DNA from: Amoeboaphelidium protococcarum X5
Lineage: Eukaryota; Fungi; Aphelidiomycota
Assembly (NCBI GenBank): GCA_023515725.1
Contig: JALDTO010000181.1
Location: 252,927-316,926, forward strand
Direction of reading: 5' to 3'
DNA: 64,000 bases
Shown: piece by piece, positions 15,396 to 27,704 of the stretch
Layout of the letters: each line of letters opens with the position of its first letter
Position numbering within the stretch: position 1 is the stretch's first letter
Notes under the pieces: generated by a model
The model's input: the letters and a program-made list of their open reading frames with translations, nothing else
The model's database searches: none
What the model was told of the DNA's origin: nothing
Program-made: the position numbers and the translations under genes

Positions 15396-15805
15396 TCTCT
15401 CTATATATTTAAGTATCGCTCGGGTTGCAACAATATTAGAGACTAAAAAAGATGGCCTACAACAAAGTCTAAAGGTCCTTGAATTCTTCACGCCCAGTTC
15501 GACTTTAGATCGCACTGAAGAATAAATGGAGCGGCCTATAACGCACTTTGGAGAGTTAAGATACGCTGATAAAGTTTGCGCCTTTAATGAAACAATCTTT
15601 GTAATATAAAACTTTCTTGTGTACGTGAGTTGCATTGCTCAAAACTCTGATCATCTTCTCCCCATTGTCACCGACAGCTCTGTTACTTTCGCTTGTTCTT
15701 GAGGGAGGCGCGACAAGACACTCGTTGATACGAAATCGCTTTGATCGCCATAGTCTAACGCTTACAAAGTAGCCACTGTCATTGGCGAGCAAAGGGTAGA
15801 ACATA

Positions 15806-16288
15806 ATGATACAAGATTTGATTAAAGAAAAGTAGATATAGCAGTCATAGAGGGAACGGCAATTAAAAGAAGATGAGCAGAAATTGTTGGAGTTGGCAGA
15901 TCTGTGCTCTGACAGTCTTGTCAATAACTTGAATGAAGAGTATTTAACATCATTTTTGGCGATACGATGAGTAATTTACATCAAATTACATGTAGCATAG
16001 CCAAGATTTTCTACAACTAAATGTAAATTGAAAGGTTGGTCAAGTCACTTTAAAAGCAGCACGACAAGACGGCCTCCAAGGTTCGATAGTACGCAGAGCT
16101 GGCAAATGAAATGTCCGCTTCGTTAAAAGTAGGATCGTGTCATATATTTAATCTTGATATTGCGACGCGTATGCTCTGTGTAGGGACTAGGAGATGTATA
16201 AAACTGGCTGGCAGTTCTTGATTATGAACTATAGGTGATCGAGTTGACTTTGCGCCTAGTTGCCTAGCAAGATGGCTCCGATCCATGA
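15806..16288 (+). CDS. BLOC1S1: BLOC-1/BORC subunit 1 (GCN5L1); introns 15940-15995 and 16129-16183
   Basis: Spliced product ..LVNNLNEDIAKIFYNQMQIE..SLKGLGDVQNWLAVLDYEL.. parallels BLOS1 LVDHLN..NQRKL..LKEIGDVENW. Confidence 0.8.
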
Positions 16289-16576
16289 CAACGGCATCTA
16301 ATAAAACTGACTTTCTGATTGACTGCAATGGCCAATCAATATGATGCATTTCATATCTCAACACTGAATCATTACACTTTATTATCTTTGAATATTATTA
16401 ATAAAATGTTATCGTTAAAAATGAATCGATTGGAAATTAAAACAGCACTCATACTGTGGATCAAATCGATTGTCATCATTGTTTCCGTCATCAGATTGGT
16501 GTCATTCGTTTCAAGTTTATTCAGATTCTTTTTGATACGATTGTCTCATGCCACAAGAGGAGAAGGAGGAGACATC

Positions 16577-17755
16577 ATGGATTCAGAAGATAATGATTAA
16601 GTATAGAAATCATAACTTGCAACGTTGCCGAATGAGATATTGGGTGAAATTGTTTAACAGTTAGACTTGAAATCCCTGATGGCTTTGAGTGAGACCACAG
16701 TCAGAATGCACAAATTGATCAAGACTGACAATTTGCTATGGAAGCGAAATCTTAAACGCGACTTTGGCCTCTTAATGCAAAGACTTTTCCCGAGGTCCTC
16801 TGCTGACTGTAATGAAGATTATGCTGCATCATTCCATTAATACAAGTTGAAATACATTCTTCTCTCCGGTTATCACGGCCAAAACTAGCATTTGTATCCT
16901 GTGATTCCAAGAACAGTTTCTTAATTGATCAATGTTGAGTTTGAGAAGAGTTGTCGTTCGATTCATTTTGGTTATACGTTGTTGATGCGCAGTCTCCTCG
17001 CTATTGTGATATTTCCTGTGCATTTCATACAAAAACTATGTTATTCTACAATATCAACTAAGGATACCAGTCTGAGATCTTTAATATGTGATATGGTGAT
17101 ACATTCGTAGTTGATATACAAGGATTTGCGCTTTCTCGAAGATATCAATGGTCAATAGTACATGCATTCATTCATGCCATTGTTGTCGCCTAACTAGAAC
17201 TATCAATGGTCTGTATTCTCGTTTTACACCATATGTTGTATTCCTCTGATACTCACTGATATTTTGTCAGCATCACTCGCGTCCATTTCGTAACTACTTG
17301 TAGAAGGGATATGTGCTGGTTCTGATGCGATTAAGAACTAATCTGCACCTGGAAATCAAAATCATCTACTATAGAGAGTTGTGCATGTATGTATATGGGC
17401 GAAAAATGTCACACTGGCATCAGTGTTTCTATCACTACAAAGCATTTATCTTTTCGCTCCTATTATACTGGCAGAGTGTGAAATTTACCAGCTAGATCAG
17501 CAATTTGGCGCGTGGAAAGCTTTTTTGCACAAGTCAAGCGTATTCGCTACTGTTGCGCAAATAGTCTGGACTTTTATAGTATTCTCAAGTGTCCAAGAGC
17601 GGACCGTTTCTGTTATTAAAGACCAGTAATAGCAACTGCTGTAGATAGTTCCACTTGATAGCATACTGATGCTTGCTAATGTCTTGGTAACTTTATTTTA
17701 ACAGTTCTGCAGATTGGTTTAAACTTGTTACCATTACGTGATTAATTTGTACTGA
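16577..17755 (+). CDS. F-box protein with hydrophobic, probably multi-pass C-terminus
   Basis: LATLPNEILGEIVQQLDLKSLMALSET..LLWK F-box; several hydrophobic stretches; in-frame upstream ATGs possible. Confidence 0.7.
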
Positions 17756-18021
17756 TGTTAAACAAACTTTGTCGTTACTCAATATTTTGGAATTTGAAGC
17801 TTTACACAATCCTATCTGTATTTGGCAGTTGCTTCACGCATAAAAGAGACTTGCTCTTCAAATACACATCGACTCTCAGCTTTTGTTGTTCAAATCTTCG
17901 AACTTTGAAATTCAGGCACAATCAAGGGTCTAAATCAACTTCAGTATGACGCGAGAATATGCTGCACAAAGATGCAAAATTTTTCAACCAATTGATATTT
18001 GGATTATTATCTCGATAAATA

Positions 18022-18885
18022 ATGTACTGGATTGATTGTGTTGCTATATTTGCTCTTGCATCAGGGGCCTTCAGTAAAACTGATATCCCTGAGAGTGGTA
18101 CGAATGGTGTTAGTGACTGGCTAATTGGTTCAACTGATGGTCATACTGACGAAGGGTCCATCGGGCCTTATCAGTTCTAAAATGAATAAGTGGCTACTGA
18201 TACTCTTTTGCATACTTTGAACAAGGTTATGGCTGATATCACTGCTGCTACGCGTGAAGATGCCCAAGATGGCGCAGAGTTTTCCATTTACTCTACTTTT
18301 AGCTCTGTCTAAGCAAGACTGAATAAACTGAAAGAATTGGCAAATAACCATTTTAAGATGCTGGAGCTTTGCCATAATTTATTACTGCAGCCGGTGTTTG
18401 GAGTGCCAATGTCATACTCCATGTCTCACGATATCCCCTTCTGGCGCTTTATCAGCAGACGTAGAGCAAACTAATTAGGACGCGTAACGAACAATTTAAG
18501 GTCAACTGTATCTGATTACTAACTGCGGTATAATACCTTTCAGCATGAAGTCAACACTATGGTAAGCAAATTATCCAATATACGGGGTTTAACGGGTAGA
18601 CAGTTTGGAAGCATACTTGATCTCAGTAGAGGAATTGGATTTATTGCGTATGAGCTGTATCTTGATGCAGAATCAATTAAATAGTAAATCTAAAAGTTCA
18701 TTGTGCTAAGAAATTAGCTGAGAAATGCCCGCGTTAAGTTTGGTGCAATAGAAAACACGGAATATCTACCGTAGTATGTTCCTGACTAGTTTTTCAAGAC
18801 TCTTTTCAGCAGAAGGCGCTATGGCTTGGACTCAAAAAAGATTGCGCGTCTGTATGCAATGCAAGGGTGGAAGAAAGAAGATTGA
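18022..18885 (+). CDS. Hypothetical secreted protein
   Basis: 287-codon open frame with TAR=Gln; N-terminal MYWIDCVAIFALASGAFS is signal-peptide-like. Confidence 0.7.
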
Positions 18886-18996
18886 CAATGATATATTGAT
18901 ATTGAATGAGAACTAAATGATTAGATAGATAAACATGATACATAATATAGCTTGTAATTGAATACTCGCTTCTCATCCACTTACAGGTTGAACATT

Positions 18997-20301
18997 TCAT
19001 CGTTTCTACGTGGGAGTAGTGGGCAATCTGACTTACACTCCTTCAAACCATGCGTTGAGCCATTGAATGTAGCCACCATCACCGATCATCGTGATATCTC
19101 TAAGAGTGAATTTCTCTGGCCGCAAACCTTTAAACACCACACTCGCAGCTGTATCCATAAAGCCCCCAAAGCTACTGATTTGAAACTTGAGTCTGATAGA
19201 GTTGAAACCAGATACAATTGTGCAGTTCTAGACAAATACATTAGCCAGAGGCTTGTCTACAAAATAAACTTTGCCTTTGACCAATTGTAAGTTCAGAGCC
19301 AGGGGAATAGGATTAGTGAAATTTACTGTTGCCTCGAATACAAAGTTCTTCAGACGCAGACGAACATTGGATATTGACGCGTTCCCAGACATTTCATTCT
19401 ACTACTCAACCATTGTTTGATTCCTGGTGTAAGACTTATCGGCATCAGTAGACTGCGCCGAACTTGAAGCGCTGGTATCAGGTATTTCAGTATCATTTGC
19501 AATTTCCTGTTTGGCATTTAGAGATGCAAAATTTCCAAGACTGGTCACTCTGAACGGAAAGCTACTGTAGTATGGAATGGACCAGCGAATGAATGCTAGG
19601 GCAGGATATCCAATGTGAACACTCATAATGCTTCTTTAATGGATCTAGATATTGTAAATCTCAGAACTTTGCGAGGTCAGTATACGCATCACCTCATTAC
19701 CAAAACTTCCCAGCATGTCCATATTAGTAATCTTCAACGGAGTATTGTAAGATCTATTGAGAATACCATTCTCGACCATATAGCCGGGCATTTTTATAGA
19801 CGCGAAATCACCATAAGCTGTGGAGTACGTTATTGTGAAGTCTTCCAAATACACAGGCACGAATGACCTCATTTACTGACTTTATACCACCGTCGCCTCA
19901 ACTGAAGAATTGGTCACATTTGATAACTACATGCTGCTGTACTGTCCATCATTTCTAGAGTTGAATTAATTGCGTATCATGACATATGCACTACCATAAG
20001 CTATGATACACACCAGAATTATAAGTAAAATTACCAGCGGTATAGTTATAATCATGGCCCGCTGACATTGAGACAGTCTCTGCCATTTACTTTTCGTCTT
20101 GGTGACAAGTTGATCATATGAGGATTATCGCTGCAAATATACAGGAGGAGCGATTACTGCATTTCCATCCGGAATTGGTGAAGGATTGCTTAGAGGCTCT
20201 TCCGGTAGAGATAAAGTTGCAGCAGGTGACTCGCTGATAGAATCACCTACGATATTTTCAAACTAAATGATATCCTATCCGACAAAATAAACTTTTGGCA
20301 T
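18997..20301 (-). CDS. Type II single-pass membrane protein, DUF3712/LEA2-like beta-rich lumenal part
   Basis: Frame joins two track ORFs; TM segment IIITIPLVILLIILVCIIAYG; C-terminal YIQWLNAWFEGVQVRLP. Confidence 0.65.
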
Positions 20302-20644
20302 ATTTAGTAATATATCGAACGTAATCTGAATTAGAATCTATGTCAGAAGCCCGGTCAAGTGTGGGAATCTAATTTACCAAAAGCTGGTTGGGTTGACATC
20401 TTGCCGTTCTGAGACTTGACAAACTCATGTGGAGGTGTTTCAAATTACATTCGCCGACGTGAAACGTGATTGTTTCAGAGGGATTAGCGGATGATGACGC
20501 GCGTGCTCCGTTGGCAAGTTCCCGTCTGCCTCGATCCGTATCGAAGCTTAGATCTGCCCAGAAATTGCCTACCGGAACTCTAAAAATAATCTAGTTTAAA
20601 TATCAATCTCATTTGAATAATTTAAATTATGAAAATAAAACTGG

Positions 20645-21733
20645 TCAATCATTTTTATACATGCTTCTAGCGACATCTTTGACTGCAGGAGATCTCTTCA
20701 AAATGTCAATCTGTCTAATAAGATTCTGAAACCAAACCACCTCTGAGGGATATTAAGGCTGCAAAATCTGTCCAAAATAGGATTCCAATTCTATTCTCAG
20801 GAATTTCATAAACTCTTCGCAATCCAGTTCGCTCGCCATGAAAATAAAGTCAGAATCATCTAGCTTTGAACGTTGAGAGTTTTCTTGAGCTGGCGGAACC
20901 AGAATATTTTCAAGTACACATTTTTGTAAGAGAGGATGTTTAATAGAAACCAGATTTTGAAGCAAATTCTAAGGCAATTATATGGTACGCTTCGGAGTTA
21001 TTTAACTAATCAAAAGCAATTTCGAACCAACTTCAACATCCCCTTAGTCAAATTAAGACCGCAAATTGCTCAGCTTGGAAAGTAGTCTCAACATCTAGTC
21101 GAGCTCTTGCGCATTCTTACATATAACTACAGTTAGATGACACTTTTAGTTGATGGCATCAGTAACAATTATCTCTGTCTCAAAATCTTTATGAAGATCG
21201 CCGCGCTAATACTCTCGATGCTTGGTATTCAGCAATGTATCATGAGCGAGGCCAATGACGCGATTAGATGTTGTCACCATAGATATCAAGTCAGTGCACT
21301 ATCTTTACTATAAATTTACATTATATAGCTCAGAGACGAATTAGGACGCGCCAGATCCGATAAACGCGATTGGCAGATATTACATGGACTCTCCGAATCG
21401 ATGATTGAATAATGTACCTACTTTCGATATATTCCAATTAACATTCCAATCTTTGCCCACCACAGACAACATATCACACGAAGGATCTGGAAATAAAGAT
21501 CTTTTGATGGAATTAATCTTGGACAGGATATCTCGGTTGCTATTCTGATCCTCTTGTTTTCTATATTCCTCGTCTTAAATCTTCTTCTCCGCAGATTATG
21601 AACTGGAACTATTCGCGTTATCCAAAGTGCTTCCTCGCTACAAAATAGCAACAGGCTTTTAAAGCCTCCTGTCATTCTAATTATTTCTATGAGGCCTGGT
21701 TTTTGTTGCTCTTTTATCACTATCCTTTCTCAT
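20645..21733 (-). CDS. SMG9: Divergent SMG9-like NMD factor with degenerate P-loop
   Basis: KPVAILQR; TTSNRVI; KCHLTVVI (cf. VCHVVIVV); SEVVWFQNLIRQIDILKRSPAV (cf. EKNWFHYAARIWDGVRKSSAL). Confidence 0.6.
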
Positions 21734-22147
21734 TGTTCGTTCCCGTTCTATGCAGTAAATAAGCGAATCGTAATTTACATCTCACATCAGATCTTAGCGA
21801 GCTGGCGCGAGCTTTGATCTCACGATTACTTCATAGTCAAGATTCATTGACTACCTACATTTATAAGCTTAATAGCCCAATAATATATACTATTTCCAGT
21901 GTATTTATAAATCACAAATCCATACGTGGCTATTTATAAGAACACTGTTTCTTCCTTCTCAATAGAGCCCATTGTTTCATCTTCTTGACAACCAAACTTT
22001 TGAGCCAACAATTATATCGTCAACGACTTGCTTTAGCTGAAAATCTAGATTGTAATCATTATTCTTCTTTACATAAATTTGTATTCTATTACTCTATATT
22101 AATTTGGAATCGCTGATATAATCTTGTTGATCAATTGAGTAATAAAT

Positions 22148-25100
22148 ATGGCTGATACACTGACATCGCAGTAGTAGCAGGTTGGATAAGACTATTAAGC
22201 TGATATAGTTGAGACAGAAGGTGGTGGCAGCTCTTCTCCATAGCAATAGCCTCAATTGGACTAGACACTGCTTTAGCCAGAGGACCAGAGCATAAACAGC
22301 TTTCCATCTAATAGAACAAGTGCATACTATGAGGGAGAGGCTGCAGGCAAGAAGGCTGGCGATTTGTTCTTCAACTTCAACACTCAAGATGACGATCCTG
22401 AAGAGACGGCCGCTCTGTAGAAAGGCAAGGAGTATTAGGCCACGTATATTGTGAGCGAATCCTCTGGAAAGTTTCGTGAAGTTATACTGACTGTTAGTCT
22501 GAGCGGTATCAGAGTCGCTGAGCCAGCTAATAAGGTATGTTTAAACTTGACTGTTTTCTTATTGATTGAATTATCATATGTCATTGTGATGGCGCACTTT
22601 TGTGTATGTGTAGAAGAGAACTAGAGACTTTGAGATTGACCAGATTCTGTAGTATTCTTATAATCGCTCTTAGAATAGATTCACCTTTGCCTACTTGGAG
22701 TCTGATGGAGTTCTGACCAACTACCGCTTCACGTCTAAAGACTTTTTTGATATTCATCAGAGTCTGGGTAGTGCTATTGCGTTGATGGTCAAGATGAAGG
22801 GTGGCGAATTCGAGCAGGGATTCGATCCTTAGCAAGATCAGTAGCAGTAACAGTAGGCTGGCGATAAAGATCATGCTGGTCAGAATCTTGCTGTGATCAC
22901 TGAAGGTGTCGCCGATGTTGAAGTCAGTAATGAAACGGACTAGTCCATTGCAGCTGATGAAAGGAATCATATGCAAAGCGCAGGTACCGACGGTCAGAGC
23001 TAACATTCTGTTGAGGATGGGTCTTCTCCGATGATAGTTCACAGTGGAGATGATGATAACATGAGTATCATGACTATGGAGACTCGTGATGACCAATTGG
23101 TATCTTAGGACGATGGTACTGATTATACCCAAGGCGCTGAAGGAGATGGAGACTAGGCTGGTGCTGCGGCTAGACAATCCAAGGATGGCAAGCGTAAAGG
23201 TAATCGTCAAGGCTTTAACAACACTGTCAGAGGCTGGTCTTTATTCAATAGTGGAAGCGTGAGAACTGGTAGTAAGAAGAGTCCTGCTGAGCTGGGCAGT
23301 ATCAATGAGACTGATTTGTCAAACTCCACCGCCAGCTCTGATACTATTGCTAGCAAGAATTCCGATAACGTTACCAAGAGAGTGAACACTCATGGATCCT
23401 CTGCAGATAAGCGTAGAAAGTCAGCCATGGAGCTATTTAAAGGCGGCGACTCCAAGTCTCCAACTAGTCAATTTCCAGGTATGAGCGATGCTCTAGCTTC
23501 TGCAAACTCTATTGATTCAGCCTCGGTGAAGGAGTTATCAATGCCTGCGGTTGATAAAAAGTACGATCAGTATGGAAGAGAGGTATTGATCAAGAATCTG
23601 AAGGGTGGAAAGTATGACATTACCGCTGGTACAGCTGAGGCTTTGGTTGCTAGTCTGGCTGAAGAAGCACCTCCAGACACGATCTATATCGAAATATTCC
23701 TTTTGACTTACAGGCACTTTATGACTCCGGTGCAGTTTATCAAGTTGTTGAGAGATCGCTTTCAGTATTAAGCAGACACTGCTCAAGCGTCTGCAATCAT
23801 CAGAGTTCGCGTTGTCAGTGTCTTTAAGAAGTGGGCTGAACGTCATTATTATGACTTTAGATCATAGGAGATGGTGGATGCGTTTAATGAATTTCTTAAT
23901 GATATCAATGCGTCGGACTGTGCTAAATATGGTGGTCAGATTAAGAACATTTTGGATGGCGAGGTGGAAAGATCAAAGACTTTCAAGCCTTTTGAGCGAC
24001 CTGTTGCGCCACCAGAGGTGAAGAAGCTGATTGATAGCATTGATTTTGTCACTTACTGGTCTCCGAAGAGAATTGCTTAGGAACTGACTTTGTCTGATTT
24101 GAAGCTATTCAGGTAGATTAAACCAGACGAGTTTTGTATCTTTCTTTGGGGAGATAAGAATGATACCAGAATTAACAACTTCAACTTTTACATTGAGCGA
24201 TTCAATCGTATTGGCTTCTGGGTGTCCAGTGTTGTATGTGCATACAAGGATGTGAAGAAGCGTGCTGATGCAATTAACAAATTCATTGAGATTATGAAGT
24301 ACATTCACAAGTTTGCCAATTACGGAACGCTGATGGCTATTATATCAGGATTGAACACCACATCTGTGTCTAGACTCAAGAAGACTTGGGAGTTGGTGAA
24401 TAAGGGAAAGCAGATAAATACGTACAAGGAACTTGAGGCAAAGATGAGTTATCGCGGTAATTTCAAGGCTTACCGTGAGATTGAAGCGTTCTCTAAGCCA
24501 CCATTTATCCCTTTCTTTGGTCTATATGTTAAAGATTTGACGTTTATGAATGATGGTAACCAGAAGCATCTTGCTATGCCTGCCAAGTAGGAGAGTAAGA
24601 ACCCTGCCGCCGCAGCTGTTGCCGGGCAGAAGAGCGCAGATATTAGTGCTGGTATAAGTCCGGCAACTTCATTGGCCCCATCTATTTTGAGAAATGTTGA
24701 TGAAGAATTAGAGTCTACCGCGTCACTGCAAACCAAGTCTTCAGAGGCGTCTGATGCCAAGAGCTCAAGAAATGCAACAACGTAGGAAGATGTGCCACCT
24801 CCAGCGTAGATGATCAATTTTGAAAAGTGTAAAACTATATTTGACAAGATTCACGCCATCCGAGTGTATCAATAGTCCACATACAAGTTTGAGGATGAGA
24901 AGGAAAAGGATGATGGCGGATTCTTCAACTAGCACTACCTGGGTAATGACGCTGATTTGGCTATCTATGTTGGATTCCCATATGGTCCTCCATGTATTGA
25001 TGATGAAAAACTACTGCTGGAGATGAGTCGCGATTGTGAGCCAAGTGAACGCGGTGGCTACGTTGCAAACTCCAAACCACAGCTCACTACAGCCAAGTGA
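22148..25100 (+). CDS. Ras guanine-nucleotide exchange factor (REM + CDC25 domains) with N-terminal PH/PTB-like region; intron 22535-22613
   Basis: IFLLTYRHFMTP, RVVSVFKKW, NYGTLMAIISGL, RLKKTW, PPFIPFFGLYVKDLTFMNDGN, INFEK. Confidence 0.92.
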
Positions 25101-25304
25101 ATGAACTCAGTGTCCATAGCACTCAAGATGGTGGCAATTAGAGAGAATAAGGATTTGCCGTGCGTATACATGTAGTTGTGATGAGAAATAGGAACGGTGA
25201 TATGATGAAAATAGAAGATTTTGAAAATTTAAAATTTACATATTACTTTTACTTATAACTTTAACACTCGGCCATATCTAGGTAGGATACAAAAAAGTAA
25301 TAGA

Positions 25305-26132
25305 TCATATTTCCTCTTCATGATCATCAGTTAAAGCAACACCACCGCGACTGGCTTCACTTCGACCAAGACTTGAATATCCACCAGCCGCCGCTCTACG
25401 TGAAAACGCGCTCTTGATATTAGCTGCTAAAGATTTCCAAAACTCGGCATTAGGCAACTAGTCCCATCCGCGATGACCTTGGCTTCTCCTCTAATACAGA
25501 CCAATCATCAGGTACGTTGAGAATGCAAGTGCAAATACGAATAGAAGCGTAGAGAAGAACCCCATACCGCGACTCACATTTGATGAGTTATCTTTCCCAC
25601 CACCATTAGTAGATGAAGGCGCATTTGAGCCGTAACATCCATACTTTGTCCTCCATTAGAGCAAGTAGACGCAGCCATCGTCGAACAAATATTTAGGAGA
25701 ACCAGCGTCGATCGATTTGTCGCAGAGAAATCTAACTATAGTCTTAGATGTATCCCCATTGTTGCATGAGGCTCCGTTAGCATACTCCAAAAACAGATTA
25801 CCATTAACCACCGCAAGTTTTTACTTCTCAAGCGAGCCTATAGACATACTCTTCTAACTAGATTTGTCACGAATGGCTGCTGCAGAATTCGCCCCCCTTA
25901 GCTCTGTGACATTATAGAGTTACTTGCACACATTTAAAAGCAATTCTGAATCCTAAGACTTGGAATTCACCGAGGATTTAGGCAGTGAAATAACGTAATT
26001 TTAATCGCTCTTTGCAAGGCCATTGAGGTCATATTTGGCACCATTGAACTCGACTTTACAATCGGTACCTCCATCTGCCAAAACAAATTAATGGAGAAGC
26101 ACTGAGACTAATAAATGAGCTATAAATTTCAT
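25305..26132 (-). CDS. Mannose-6-phosphate receptor domain protein (CD-MPR/Mrl1/Atg27 family)
   Basis: Signal peptide; YDLNGL, LNVC, LEYANGASC, IVRFLCD, CVYLLQWRTKYGC; TM; RGWDQLPNAEFW; YSSL sorting motif. Confidence 0.85.
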
Positions 26133-26396
26133 AATGATCACTGATCTCTCTACAAGTTACTGTACTACCGCAAACTACTGTATATGTTTAACTTTCTTCT
26201 GCGGACGACTCTGCTCTCAAAGGAAAGCTTACGCGCGATCATCGTCGCCTTTGGTTGAAACGGTCAGTGTCTCTTCGCTAGTCATATGGTTGGTTACACT
26301 GTACTGTACGTATAAAGTCAAGATGTAACTCGCTTAGTTGATAGCAGCTGATGGTATAAAATGATAATTATCAATATGATTTTATTAGACAGACAT

Positions 26397-26759
26397 TCAT
26401 TTTTATTCAAGCAAGTCGCCAAAGTATATGTTTGCATCTTGATGGACAATTTTTATACGCCCAGGTTATCCCATGTTGAAATCCATAATTTATCGCTGCC
26501 TTTTCTCTGACGGAAGGAGATTAGATGCCATGTTCGATACATTGTCAACTCCATATTGTCTTGATCGTGATGACTGAACAATGTTGTTAGTGTGATTAAT
26601 GGAACCTCTGGGTGTCATTGAACGCTTCTGCTACGTTCCTGAGACCGGAGATGCCAACTCTTGACTACCTATTAACATTCCAGACTCGTCTTAAATAATA
26701 TCTAAATCAGCCGTAGATGCACTATCCGAGTCAATTTCCAACATAGGATGCGCACTCAT
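26397..26759 (-). CDS. Small hypothetical disordered protein
   Basis: 120-codon ATG-to-TGA frame; C-terminal VHQDANIYFGDLLE. Confidence 0.5.
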
Positions 26760-27704
26760 TCCCACTCAGTTTAAATGTTGACGTTAAACAATAAATCGAT
26801 TTAAAAGCGGATCTTGGAGAAGTTTTCGCGGATAGAATTCTCGCTTTCTTCTAAAGTTGCGACACTAAGCCTCTGTTCTACCAATTATTTTCCCACCATC
26901 TGGGCTAAATCGAATACTTTTATCTTTACATGGATCGCTAAATTGGCGGCGATAATTAATAAAAAATTAAAAGGGTTTCAAAGAGTAAATCAAACATAGT
27001 ATCACTCGTTTAATATGAATGTGAAAGCGTGAAAGACAAGGTGATATGCGTTCCGTTCGTTCGAAAGTTTTTAAGGTATGTTGACGTGGCTCCCTTTTAT
27101 TATAATTCTAAGTATTGATGACTATACTTCTAATGTAGACTAGCGGGAGATAAAATCCAAGAACTGCCTTAATCTAGTTCTGCAAGTTGATATTATTAAG
27201 CACAGTATACAATGGACCTTGCTTGATTTTGCGAGATCGCATCCGTCAATTTAAAATAGAATATGCACAGTAGATTTATGGTTGTATATTCTTTATTCTC
27301 TGCTTGCATTGTTTTATTAAATTGTTAGAGTACAAAATATGTATTTACACGCGTCATTGGGCGAAACTTCACTGACATGTTTCGATTAAAGGCAGTCTAT
27401 ACTCATGATTACCCCAACTCATTAATCGAAATTGACGCTGTTCTTTCAACCAAGAAAGATTTGGAGAATTTTGAGGCAAACTGAGATTTTGAGACGAACG
27501 AGTCGGACTGCAGAGCAGATTGAGTTGGTAATAGAGGTGTGTTGCTTGTAAAAGAGATGACGCGTCTGAAACGTGATATTGTTTTGTTATACGCGTCTCT
27601 CTCTTTTCTCTCTCTTTACTGTAACGCAGGCTTCTTATTTCAAAACTATATATTTACTTTATCTATCCTGTAAAATTGTTAATAGTTTCTTTAATTACAG
27701 AAGA

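Noticed and set aside
27045-27380. Possible small two-exon gene (GTATGT..TGTAG intron-like segment)
   Set aside because: Translation is unrecognisable and short
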